Source of the DNA: Macrostomum lignano
Taxonomy: Eukaryota
DNA: 55,705 nt
Direction of reading: 5' to 3'
Assembly: GCA_002269645.1 (NCBI GenBank)
Contig: NIVC01004199.1
Location: forward strand, 1-55,705
Numbering within the stretch: the stretch's first letter is position 1; each line of letters begins with the position of its first letter. The notes beneath the pieces are model-generated. The model had not been told where the DNA came from, did not search any database, and was given only the letters and a program-made list of their open reading frames with translations. Made by a program: the position numbers and the translations under genes. Below, in pieces: positions 40,050 through 53,200 of the stretch.

Positions 40050-40923
40050 CTGCGAGGCTTTGGACAAAGTAAAGAGAGGGAGGCAATAATCGCAGAGAGC
40101 TGTCTCACAGAAGCGGCATGTGCAGGTCTGTTGAAGCTGCATCCCATTTTATACGTAATGGCTCTGCATTTTTAGCTGCTCAACAAACAGATGATTAATA
40201 TAAGTGCCGCACACCCCACAACTGCGGTAGCCATGCAGTGTTCTCACGATAGCAATTGATAATAGACCGGTTGCAAATTCCAGTCCCGAGGGCTCGCTGG
40301 CAGCAATAACGTCATATTAGGCAATCAACTGAAATGCAATTCACAAAATGGAGGCAATTGCAACTCTGTCCCTGGAATGGGCGCGAAGGGAATGCGAGGT
40401 AGTTAAAAATATCCCATGATGCTGCACTTGTTCCATAACTCATTGCAAACCTTTCAAACTTATGCTAATAAATTGGTACTGAACACCCGCTTCAGATACG
40501 AGTAAGCCCAGCCTTCTTGAGCTTTTGGATCGCAAGGCTTCTCGCGCCTCAGAGTGCAGAAATTAATCGCTGAGTGCTCTGGCCTTCCCCCTGCTTGAAG
40601 GTCAGCCCCAAGAGCAGAAAAAATTTTGAAAGGTGGAGTTTAGTTAATCCTAAACTCGTTAACCTTTTTTGTCAATCTTAAAGTCGTAGCCGATATGAAG
40701 CGACACTGCTGGTACTGGATCGCATTGAACATGCAGGGACACAAGACGTTTGCAGGGGGTTCTTTTCTAAGACTACTGAAAAAAGGTCAGACAAAAATGC
40801 ATCCAGTAAAGCAGGTCAAGAAGGCCACTTGTCGTATAGACAATAAACTAATAATAATACAAGCTATAAGTGATTAGCTGGGCAGAAAAGAAGTGGAGGG
40901 CCTAGGCCGCGGGTTGAAGTTGT

Positions 40924-41256
40924 ATCCTATATACTAAAAATGAAAATCTTGCTTGTTTGCTTGTACGCAATCGATTAGAGAAAAAATGGTTGGACCGATT
41001 TTCTTCGAACTTGCACTGTTCGATCAGAAATTTTCCCGTGACGGTACATGCATCTTGGCTAAGAAATTGCTCCATGTTAAAGCGATTAAATATTCGAAAA
41101 CATGCTTTTTTGCAAAGGTCAAGCAAACTTTTCGACTTGAAATGCATTGTAAGAATGCTAGAGAAAAAACTGACTGGTTGAATTCTGATTCTGAAATAGA
41201 TTGCATCATAACTGAATTGTAACTCCAGCTTGAATTGCGTCATTGAATATGCTTGA
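40924..41256 (+). mobile_element. Probable 5' end of a non-autonomous Helitron/Helentron-like element
   Basis: T|ATCCTATATACTAAAAA start, a short (CTTG/TTTG) microsatellite, then TTGGACCGATTTTCTTCGAACTTGC. This order resembles invertebrate MINE/DINE-type elements as I recall them; no alignment was run. Confidence 0.45.
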
Positions 41257-44200
41257 ATCATAGAAGCGTCATGTAAACAATAATTGAAGCGTCATTTAAA
41301 AAATCATAGAAGCGTCATGTAAACAATCATAGAAGCGTCATTTAAACAATCATAGAAGCGTCATTTAAAAAATCATAGAAGCGTCATGTAAACAATCATA
41401 GAAGCGTCATTTAAAAAATCATAGAAGCGTCATGTAAACAATCATAGAAGCGTAATTTAAAAAATCATAGAAGCGTCATGTAAACAATCATAGAAGCGTC
41501 ATGTAAAAAATCATAGAAGCGTCATGTAAACAATCATAGAAGCGTCATGTAAAAAATCGTAGAAGCGTCATTTAAAAAATCATCGAAGCGTCATGTAAAC
41601 AATCATAGAAGCGTCATTTAAAAAATCATAGAAGCGTCATGTAAACAATCATAGAAGCGTCATTTAAAAAATCATAGAAGCGTCATGTAAAAAATCGTAG
41701 AAGCGTCATATAAAAATCATAGAAGCGTCATGTAAACAATCATAGAAGCGTCATGTAAAAAATTATAGAAGCGTCATGTGAACAATCATAAAAGCGTCAT
41801 GTAAACAATCATAGAAGCGTCATTTAAAAAATCATAGAAGCGTCATGTAAACAATCATAGAAGCGTCATTTAAAAAATCATAGAAGCGTCATTTAAAAAA
41901 TCATCGAAGCGTCATGTAAACAATCATAGAAGCGTCATTTAAAAAATCATAGAAGCGTCATGTAAACAATCATAGAAGCGTAATTTAAAAAATCATAGAA
42001 GCGTCATGTAAACAATCATAGAAGCGTCATGTAAAAAATCATAGAAGCGTCATGTAAACAATCATAGAAGCGTCATGTAAAAAATCGTAGAAGCGTCATA
42101 TAAAAATCATAGAAGCGTCATTTAAAAACTCATAGAAGCGTCATGTAAAAAATCATAGAAGCGTCATGTAAACAATCATAAAAGCGTCATGTAAACAATC
42201 ATAGAAGCGTCATTTAAAAATCATAGAAGCGTCATGTAAACAATCATAGAAGCGTCATTTAAAAAATCATAGAAGCGTCATGTAAACAATCATAGAAGCG
42301 TCATTTAAAAAATCATAGAAGCGTCATGTAAACAATCATAGAAGCGTCATGTAAACAATCATAGAAGCGTCATTTAAAAAATCATAGAAGCGTCATGTAA
42401 ACAATCATAGAAGCGTCATTTAAAAAATCATAGAAGCGTCATGTAAACAATCATAGAAGCGTCATGTAAAAAATCATAGAAGCGTCATGTAAACAATCAT
42501 AGAAGCGTCATGTAAAAAATCGTAGAAGCGTCATATAAAAATCATAGAAGCGTCATTTAAAAAATCGTAGAAGCGTCATATAAAAATCATAGAAGCGTCA
42601 TTTAAAAAATCATAGAAGCGTCATGTAAAAAATCGTAGAAGCGTCATATAAAAATCATAGAAGCGTCATGTAAACAATCATAGAAGCGTCATGTAAAAAA
42701 TTATAGAAGCGTCATGTGAACAATCATAAAGCGTCATGTAAACAATCATAGAAGCGTCATGTAAACAATCATAAAAGCGTCATGTAAACAATCATAGAAG
42801 CGTCATTTAAAAGATCATAGAAGCGTCATGTAAACAATCATAGAAGCGTCATTTAAAAGATCATAGAAGCGTCATGTAAACAATCATAGAAGCGTCATGT
42901 AAAAAATCATAGAAGCGTCATGTAAACAATAATAGAAGCGTCATGTAAAAAATCGTAGAAGCGTCATATAAAAATCATAGAAGCGTCATTTAAAAACTCA
43001 TAGAAGCGTCATGTAAAAAATTAGAAGCGTCATGTAACAATCATAAAGCGTCATGTAAACAATCATAGAAGCGTCATGTAAACAATCATAGAAGCGTCAT
43101 GTAAACAATCATAGAAGCGTCATGTAAAAAATCATAGAAGCGTCATGTAAAAAATCATAGAAGCGTCATTTAAAAATCATAGAAGCGTAATTTAAAAAAT
43201 CATAGAAGCGTCATGTAAACAATCATAGAAGCGTCATATAAAAATCATAGAAGCGTCATTTAAAAAATCATAGAAGCGTCATGTAAAAAATCGTAGAAGC
43301 GTCATATAAAAATCATAAAAGCGTCATGTAAACAATCATAGAAGCGTCATGTAAAAAATTATAGAAGCGTCATGTGAACAATCATAAAAGCGTCATGTAA
43401 ACAATCATAGAAGCGTCATGTAAACAATCATAAAAGCGTCATGTAAACAATCATAGAAGCGTCATTTAAAAAATCATAGAAGCGTCATGTAAACAATCAT
43501 AGAAGCGTCATTTAAAAAATCATAGAAGCGTCATGTAAACAATCATAGAAGCGTCATTTAAAAAATCATAGAAGCGTCATTAAAAATCATAGAAGCGTAA
43601 TTTAAAAAATCATAGAAGCGTCATGTAAACAATCATAAAGCGTCATGTAAACAATCATAGAAGCGTCATTTAAAAATCATAGAAGCGTCATGTAAACAAT
43701 CATAGAAGCGTCATTTAAAAAATCATAGAAGCGTCATGTAAACAATCATAGAAGCGTCATTTAAAAAATCATAGAAGCGTCATTTAAAAAATCATAGAAG
43801 CGTCATGTAAACAATCATAGAAGCGTCATTTAAAAAATCATAGAAGCGTCATGTAAACAATCATAGAAGCGTCATTTAAAAAATCATAGAAGCGTAATTT
43901 AAAAAATCATAGAAGCGTCATGTAAACAATCATAGAAGCGTCATGTAAAAAATCATAGAAGCGTCATGTAAACAATCATAGAAGCGTCATGTAAAAAATC
44001 ATAGAAGCGTCATATAAAAATCATAGAAGCGTCATTTAAAAATCATAGAAGCGTCATGTAAAAAATCATAGAAGCGTCATGTAAACAATCATAAAGCGTC
44101 ATGTAAACAATCATAGAAGCGTCATTTAAAAATCATAGAAGCGTCATGTAAACAATCATAGAAGCGTCATTTAAAAAATCATAGAAGCGTCATGTAAACA

Positions 44201-47200
44201 ATCATAGAAGCGTCATTTAAAAAATCATAGAAGCGTCATTTAAAAAATCATAGAAGCGTCATGTAAACAATCATAGAAGCGTCATTTAAAAAATCATAGA
44301 AGCGTCATTTAAAAATCATAGAAGCGTAATTTAAAAAATCATAGAAGCGTCATGTAAACAATCATAGAAGCGTCATGTAAAAAATCATAGAAGCGTCATG
44401 TAAACAATCATAGAAGCGTCATGTAAAAAATCGTAGAAGCGTCATATAAAAATCATAGAAGCGTCATATAAAAATCATAGAAGCGTCATGTAAAAAATTA
44501 TAGAAGCGTCATGTGAACAATCATAAAAGCGTCATGTAAACAATCATAGAAGCGTCATGTAAACAATCATAGAAGCGTCATGTAAACAATCATAGAAGCG
44601 TCATTTAAAAAATCATAGAAGCGTCATGTAAACAATCATAGAAGCGTCATGTAAAAAATCATAGAAGCGTCATTAAAAATCATAGAAGCGTATTTAAAAA
44701 ATCATAGAAGCGTCATGTAAACAATCATAGAAGCGTCATATAAAAATCATAGAAGCGTCATTTAAAAAATCATAGAAGCGTCATGTAAAAAATCGTAGAA
44801 GCGTCATATAAAAATCATAGAAGCGTCATGTAAACAATCATAGAAGCGTCATGTAAAAAATTATAGAAGCGTCATGTAAACAATCATAAAAGCGTCATGT
44901 AAACAATCATAGAAGCGTCATGTAAACAATCATAAAAGCGCCATGTAAACAATCAAAGAAGCGTCATTTAAAAATCATAGAAGCGTCATGTAAACAATCA
45001 TAGAAGCGTCATTTAAAAAATCATAGAAGCGTCATGTAAACAATCATAGAAGCGTCATTTAAACAATCATAGAAGCGTCATTTAAAAAATCATAGAAGCG
45101 TCATGTAAACAATCATAGAAGCGTCATTTAAAAATCATAGAAGCGTCATGTAAACAATCATAGAAGCGTCATTTAAAAAATCATAGAAGCGTCATGTAAA
45201 CAATCATAGAAGCGTCATGTAAAAAATCATAGAAGCGTCATGTAAACAATCATAGAAGCGTCATGTAAAAAATCATAGAAGCGTCATTTAAAAAATCATA
45301 GAAGCGTCATGTAAACAATCATAGAAGCGTCATTTAAAAAATCATAGAAGCGTCATGTAAACAATCATAGAAGCGTCATTAAAAAATCATAGAAGCGTCA
45401 TGTAAAAAATCATAGAAGCGTCATATAAAAATCATAGAAGCGTCATGTAAACAATCATAGAAGCGTCATGTAAAAAATCATAGAAGCGTCATGTAACAAT
45501 CATAAAGCGTCATGTAAACAATCATAGAAGCGTCATTTAAAAAATCATAGAAGCGTCATTTAAAAATCATAGAAGCGTATTAAAAATCATAGAAGCGTCA
45601 TTTAAAAAATCATAGAAGCGTCATGTAAACAATCATAGAAGCGTCATTTAAAAATCATAGAAGCGTCATGTAAACAATCATAGAAGCGTCATTTAAAAAA
45701 TCATAGAAGCGTCATGTAAACAATCATAGAAGCGTCATGTAAAAAATCATAGAAGCGTCATGTAAACAATCATAGAAGCGTCATTTAAAAAATCATAGAA
45801 GCGTCATTTAAAAAATCATAGAAGCGTCATGTAAACAATCATAGAAGCGTCATTTAAAAAATCATAGAAGCGTCATGTAAACAATCATAGAAGCGTCATT
45901 TAAAAAATCATAGAAGCGTCATGTAAACAATCATAGAAGCGTCATGTAAACAATCATAGAAGCGTCATGTAAACAATCATAGAAGCGTCATGTAAAAAAT
46001 CGTAGAAGCGTCATATAAAAATCATAGAAGCGTCATTTAAAAAATCATAGAAGCGTCATTTAAAAATCATAGAAGCGTCATTTAAAAATCATAGAAGCGT
46101 CATGTAAAAAATCGTAGAAGCGTCATATAAAAATCATAGAAGCGTCATGTAAACAATCATAGAAGCGTCATGTAAAAAATTATAGAAGCGTCATGTGAAC
46201 AATCATAAAGCGTCATGTAAACAATCATAGAAGCGTCATTTAAAAAATCATAGAAGCGTCATGTAAACAATCATAGAAGCGTCATTTAAAAAATCATAGA
46301 AGCGTCATGTAAACAATCATAGAAGCGTCATGTAAAAAATCATAGAAGCGTCATGTAAACAATCATAGAAGCGTCATGTAAAAAATCATAGAAGCGTCAT
46401 TTAAAAAATCATAGAAGCGTCATGTAAACAATCATAGAAGCGTCATTTAAAAAATCATAGAAGCGTCATGTAAACAATCATAGAAGCGTCATTTAAAAAA
46501 TCATAGAAGCGTCATGTAAAAAATCATAGAAGCGTCATATAAAAATCATAGAAGCGTCATGTAAACAATCATAGAAGCGTCATGTAAAAAATCATAGAAG
46601 CGTCATGTAACAATCATAAAGCGTCATGTAAACAATCATAGAAGCGTCATTTAAAAAATCATAGAAGCGTCATGTAAACAATCATAGAAGCGTCATTTAA
46701 AAATCATAGAAGCGTCATTTAAAAAATCATAGAAGCGTCATGTAAACAATCATAGAAGCGTCATTTAAAAAATCATAGAAGCGTCATGTAAACAATCATA
46801 GAAGCGTCATTTAAAAAATCATAGAAGCGTCATGTAAACAATCATAGAAGCGTCATGTAAAAAATCATAGAAGCGTCATGTAAACAATCATAGAAGCGTC
46901 ATGTAAAAATCATAGAAGCGTCATATAAAAATCATAGAAGCGTCATTAAAAATCATAGAAGCGTCATGTAAAAAATCATAGAAGCGTCATGTAAACAATC
47001 ATAAAGCGTCATGTAAACAATCATAGAAGCGTCATTTAAAAATCATAGAAGCGTCATGTAAACAATCATAGAAGCGTCATTTAAAAAATCATAGAAGCGT
47101 CATGTAAACAATCATAGAAGCGTCATTAAAAAATCATAGAAGCGTCATTTAAAAAATCATAGAAGCGTCATGTAAACAATCATAGAAGCGTCATTAAAAA

Positions 47201-50200
47201 ATCATAGAAGCGTCATGTAAACAATCATAGAAGCGTCATTTAAAAAATCATAGAAGCGTCATGTAAACAATCATAGAAGCGTCATGTAAAAAATCATAGA
47301 AGCGTCATGTAAACAATCATAGAAGCGTCATGTAAAAAATCATAGAAGCGTCATATAAAAATCATAGAAGCGTCATTAAAAAATCATAGAAGCGTCATAT
47401 AAAAATCATAGAAGCGTCATTTAAAAATCATAGAAGCGTCATGTAAAAAATCATAGAAGCGTCATATAAAAATCATAGAAGCGTCATGTAAACAATCATA
47501 GAAGCGTCATTTAAAAAATCATAGAAGCGTCATGTAAACAATCATAGAAGCGTCACGTAAACAATCATAGAAGCGTCATGTAAACAATCATAGAAGCGTC
47601 ATGTAAAAATCGTAGAAGCGTCATATAAAAATCATAGAAGCGTCATTTAAAAAATCGTAGAAGCGTCATATAAAAATCATAGAAGCATCATTTAAAAAAT
47701 CATAGAAGCGTCATGTAAAAAATCATAGAAGCGTCATATAAAAATCATAGAAGCGTCATGTAAACAATCATAGAAGCGTCATGTAAAAATCATAGAAGCG
47801 TCATGTAACAATCATAAAGCGTCATGTAAACAATCATAGAAGCGTCATGTAAACAATCATAGAAGCGTCATGTAAACAATCATAGAAGCGTCATTAAAAA
47901 TCATAGAAGCGTCATGTAAACAATCATAGAAGCGTCATTAAAAAATCATAGAAGCGTCATGTAAACAATCATAGAAGCGTCATTTAAAAAATCATAGAAG
48001 CGTCATTAAAAATCATAGAAGCGTCATTTAAAAAATCATAGAAGCGTCATGTAAACAATCATAGAAGCGTCATGTAAACAATCATAGAAGCGTCATTTAA
48101 AAATCATAGAAGCGTCATGTAAAAAATCATAGAAGCGTCATTAAAAAATCATAGAAGCGTCATGTAAACAATCATAGAAGCGTCATTAAAAAATCATAGA
48201 AGCGTCATTAAAAAATCATAGAAGCGTCATGTAAACAATCATAGAAGCGTCATTAAAAATCATAGAAGCGTCATGTAAACAATCATAGAAGCGTCATTAA
48301 AAAATCATAGAAGCGTCATTAAAAAATCATAGAAGCGTCATGTAAACAATCATAGAAGCGTCATGTAAAAAATCATAGAAGCGTCATGTAAACAATCATA
48401 GAAGCGTCATGTAAAAAATCATAGAAGCGTCATATAAAAATCATAGAAGCGTCATTAAAAAAATCATAGAAGCGTCATGTAAAAAATCATAGAAGCGTCA
48501 TGTAAACAATCATAGAAGCGTCATGTAAACAATCATAGAAGCGTCATATAAAAATCATAGAAGCGTCATGTAAACAATCATAGAAGCGTCATTTAAAAAA
48601 TTATAGAAGCGTCATGTAAACAATCATAGAAGCGTCATTTAAAAAATCATAGAAGCGTCATTAAACAATCATAGAAGCGTCATGTAAACAATCATAGAAG
48701 CGTCATTAAAAAATCATAGAAGCGTCATTAAAAATCATAGAAGCGTCATTAAAAAATCATAGAAGCGTCATGTAAACAATCATAGAAGCGTCATGTAAAA
48801 AATCATAGAAGCGTCATGTAAACAATCATAGAAGCGTCATGTAAAAAATCATAGAAGCGTCATATAAAAATCATTGAAGCGTCATATAAAAATCATAGAA
48901 GCGTCATGTAAAAAATCATAGAAGCGTCATGTAACAATCATAAAGCGTCATGTAAACAATCATAGAAGCGTCATGTAAACAATCATAGAAGCGTCATGTA
49001 AACAATCATAGAAGCGTCATTTAAAAAATCATAGAAGCGTCATGTAAACAATCATAGAAGCGTCATGTAAAAAATCATAGAAGCGTCATTAAAAATCATA
49101 GAAGCGTCATTAAAAATCATAGAAGCGTCATGTAAACAATCATAGAAGCGTCATATAAAAATCATAGAAGCGTCATTAAAAATCATAGAAGCGTCATGTA
49201 AAAAATCATAGAAGCGTCATATAAAAATCATAGAAGCGTCATGTAAACAATCATAGAAGCGTCATGTAAAAAATCATAGAAGCGTCATGTAACAATCATA
49301 GAAGCGTCATGTAAACAATCATAGAAGCGTCATGTAAACAATCATAGAAGCGTCATGTAAACAATCATAGAAGCGTCATTAAAAATCATAGAAGCGTCAT
49401 GTAAACAATCATAGAAGCGTCATTAAAAATCATAGAAGCGTCATGTAAACAATCATAGAAGCGTCATTAAAAAATCATAGAAGCGTCATTAAAAATCATA
49501 GAAGCGTCATTAAAAAATCATAGAAGCGTCATGTAAACAATCATAGAAGCGTCATGTAAAAAATCATAGAAGCGTCATGTAAACAATCATAGAAGCGTCA
49601 TGTAAAAAATCATAGAAGCGTCATTAAAAAATCATAGAAGCGTCATGTAAACAATCATAGAAGCGTCATTTAAAAAATCATAGAAGCGTCATGTAAACAA
49701 TCATAGAAGCGTCATTAAAAATCATAGAAGCGTCATGTAAAAAATAGAAGCGTCATATAAAAATCATAGAAGCGTCATGTAAACAATCATAGAAGCGTCA
49801 TGTAAAAAATCATAGAAGCGTCATGTAAAATCATAGAAGCGTCATGTAAACAATCATAGAAGCGTCATTAAAAAATCATAGAAGCGTCATTAAAAATCAT
49901 AGAAGCGTCATTTAAAAAATCATAGAAGCGTCATTAAAAATCATAGAAGCGTCATGTAAACAATCATAGAAGCGTCATTTAAAAATCATAGAAGCGTCAT
50001 GTAAACAATCATAGAAGCGTCATTTAAAAGATCATAGAAGCGTCATGTAAACAATCATAGAAGCGTCATGTAAACAATCATAGAAGCGTCATTTAAAAAT
50101 CATAGAAGCGTCATGTAAACAATCATAGAAGCGTCATTTAAAAATCATAGAAGCGTCATGTAAACAATCATAGAAGCGTCATTTAAAAAATCATAGAAGC

Positions 50201-53200
50201 GTCATTTAAACAATCATAGAAGTGTCATGTAAACAATCATAGAAGCGTCATTTAAAAAATCATAGAAGCGTCATTAAAAATCATAGAAGCGTCATTTAAA
50301 AAATCATAGAAGCGTCATGTAAAAATCATAGAAGCGTCATGTAAAAATCATAGAAGCGTCATTTAAAAATCATAGAAGCGTCATGTAAAAATCATAGAAG
50401 CGTCATTAAAAAATCATAGAAGCGTCATGTAAACAATCATAGAAGCGTCATGTAAAAATCATAGAAGCGTCATGTAAACAATCATAGAAGCGTCATTTAA
50501 AAATCATAGAAGCGTCATGTAAAAATCATAGAAGCGTCATGTAAACAATCATAGAAGCGTCATTAAAAAATCATAGAAGCGTCATGTAAACAATCATAGA
50601 AGCGTCATTAAAAAATCATAGAAGCGTCATGTAAACAATCATAGAAGCGTCATGTAAACAATCATAGAAGCGTCATGTAAACAATCATAGAAGCGTCATG
50701 TAAAAAATCATAGAAGCGTCATATAAAAATCATAGAAGCGTCATGTAAAAAATCATAGAAGCGTCATATAAAAATCATAGAAGCGTCATTAAAAATCATA
50801 GAAGCGTCATGTAAAAATCATAGAAGCGTCATATAAAAATCATAGAAGCGTCATGTAAACAATCATAGAAGCGTCATGTAAAAATCATAGAAGCGTCATG
50901 TAAACAATCATAGAAGCGTCATGTAAACAATCATAGAAGCGTCATTAAAAAATCATAGAAGCGTCATGTAAACAATCATAGAAGCGTCATTAAAAAATCA
51001 TAGAAGCGTCATGTAAACAATCATAGAAGCGTCATGTAAAAAATCATAGAAGCGTCATGTAAACAATCATAGAAGCGTCATGTAAAAAATCATAGAAGCG
51101 TCATTAAAAATCATAGAAGCGTCATGTAAACAATCATAGAAGCGTCATGTAAAAATCATAGAAGCGTCATGTAAACAATCATAGAAGCGTCATTTAAAAA
51201 TCATAGAAGCGTCATGTAAAAATCATAGAAGCGTCATATAAAAATCATAGAAGCGTCATGTAAACAATCATAGAAGCGTCATGTAAAAAATCATAGAAGC
51301 GTCATGTAAACAATCATAGAAGCGTCATGTAAACAATCATAGAAGCGTCATTAAAAATCATAGAAGCGTCATGTAAACAATCATAGAAGCGTCATTTAAA
51401 AATCATAGAAGCGTCATGTAAAAATCATAGAAGCGTCATGTAAAAATCATAGAAGCGTCATGTTAAAAAATCATAGAAGCGTCATGTAAACAATCATAGA
51501 AGCGTCATTAAAAAATCATAGAAGCGTCATGTAAACAATCATAGAAGCGTCATGTAAAAAATCATAGAAGCGTCATGTAAACAATCATAGAAGCGTCATG
51601 TAAAAAATCATAGAAGCGTCATAAAAAATCATAGAAGCGTCATGTAAAAATCATAGAAGCGTCATGTAAACAATCATAGAAGCGTCATGTAAACAATCAT
51701 AGAAGCGTCATGTAAACAATCATAGAAGCGTCATGTAAAAATCATAGAAGCGTCATGTAAACAATCATAGAAGCGTCATTTAAAAAATCATAGAAGCGTC
51801 ATGTAAACAATCATAGAAGCGTCATTAAAAAATCATAGAAGCGTCATGTAAAAATCATAGAAGCGTCATGTAAACAATCATAGAAGCGTCATTAAAAATC
51901 ATAGAAGCGTCATGTAAAAATCATAGAAGCGTCATTAAAAAATCATAGAAGCGTCATGTAAACAATCATAGAAGCGTCATGTAAAAAATCATAGAAGCGT
52001 CATGTAAACAATCATAGAAGCGTCATGTAAAAATCATAGAAGCGTCATATAAAAATCATAGAAGCGTCATGTAAAAATCATAGAAGCGTCATATAAAAAT
52101 CATAGAAGCGTCATTAAAAAATCATAGAAGCGTCATGTAAAAATCATAGAAGCGTCATGTAAAAATCATAGAAGCGTCATGTAAAAATCATAGAAGCGTC
52201 ATGTAAAAATCATAGAAGCGTCATGTAAAAATCATAGAAGCGTCATAAAAATCATAGAAGCGTCATGTAAACAATCATAGAAGCGTCATGTAAAAATCAT
52301 AGAAGCGTCATGTAAAAATCATAGAAGCGTCATGTAAAAATCATAGAAGCGTCATTAAAAATCATAGAAGCGTCATTAAAAAATCATAGAAGCGTCATGT
52401 AAAAATCATAGAAGCGTCATTAAAAATCATAGAAGCGTCATGTAAAAATCATAGAAGCGTCATTAAAAATCATAGAAGCGTCATGTAAAAATCATAGAAG
52501 CGTCATGTAAAAAATCATAGAAGCGTCATGTAAAAATCATAGAAGCGTCATGTAAACAATCATAGAAGCGTCATGTAAAAATCATAGAAGCGTCATGTAA
52601 AAATCATAGAAGCGTCATTTAAAAATCATAGAAGCGTCATGTAAACAATCATAGAAGCGTCATTTAAAAATCATAGAAGCGTCATGTAAAAATCATAGAA
52701 GCGTCATTAAAAATCATAGAAGCGTCATGTAAAAATCATAGAAGCGTCATTAAAAAATCATAGAAGCGTCATTAAAAATCATAGAAGCGTCATGTAAAAA
52801 TCATAGAAGCGTCATGTAAAAATCATAGAAGCGTCATGTAAACAATCATAGAAGCGTCATTTAAAAAATCATAGAAGCGTCATAAAAATCATAGAAGCGT
52901 CATTAAACAAATCATAGAAGCGTCATGCAAAAAATCATAGAAGCGTCATGTAAACAATCATAGAAGCGTCATGTAAAAATCATAGAAGCGTCATTAAAAA
53001 ATCATAGAAGCGTCATGTAAAAATCATAGAAGCGTCATTAAAAAATCATAGAAGCGTCATGTAAAAATCATAGAAGCGTCATGTAAACAATCATAGAAGC
53101 GTCATTAAAAAATCATAGAAGCGTCATGTAAAAATCATAGAAGCGTCATTAAAAAATCATAGAAGCGTCATGTAAAAATCATAGAAGCGTCATGTAAAAA

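Noticed and set aside
40902-41261. Overlapping 60-119-aa ORFs before the satellite
   Set aside because: No domain signal or coding-like composition; the region is better explained as a non-coding repeat element.
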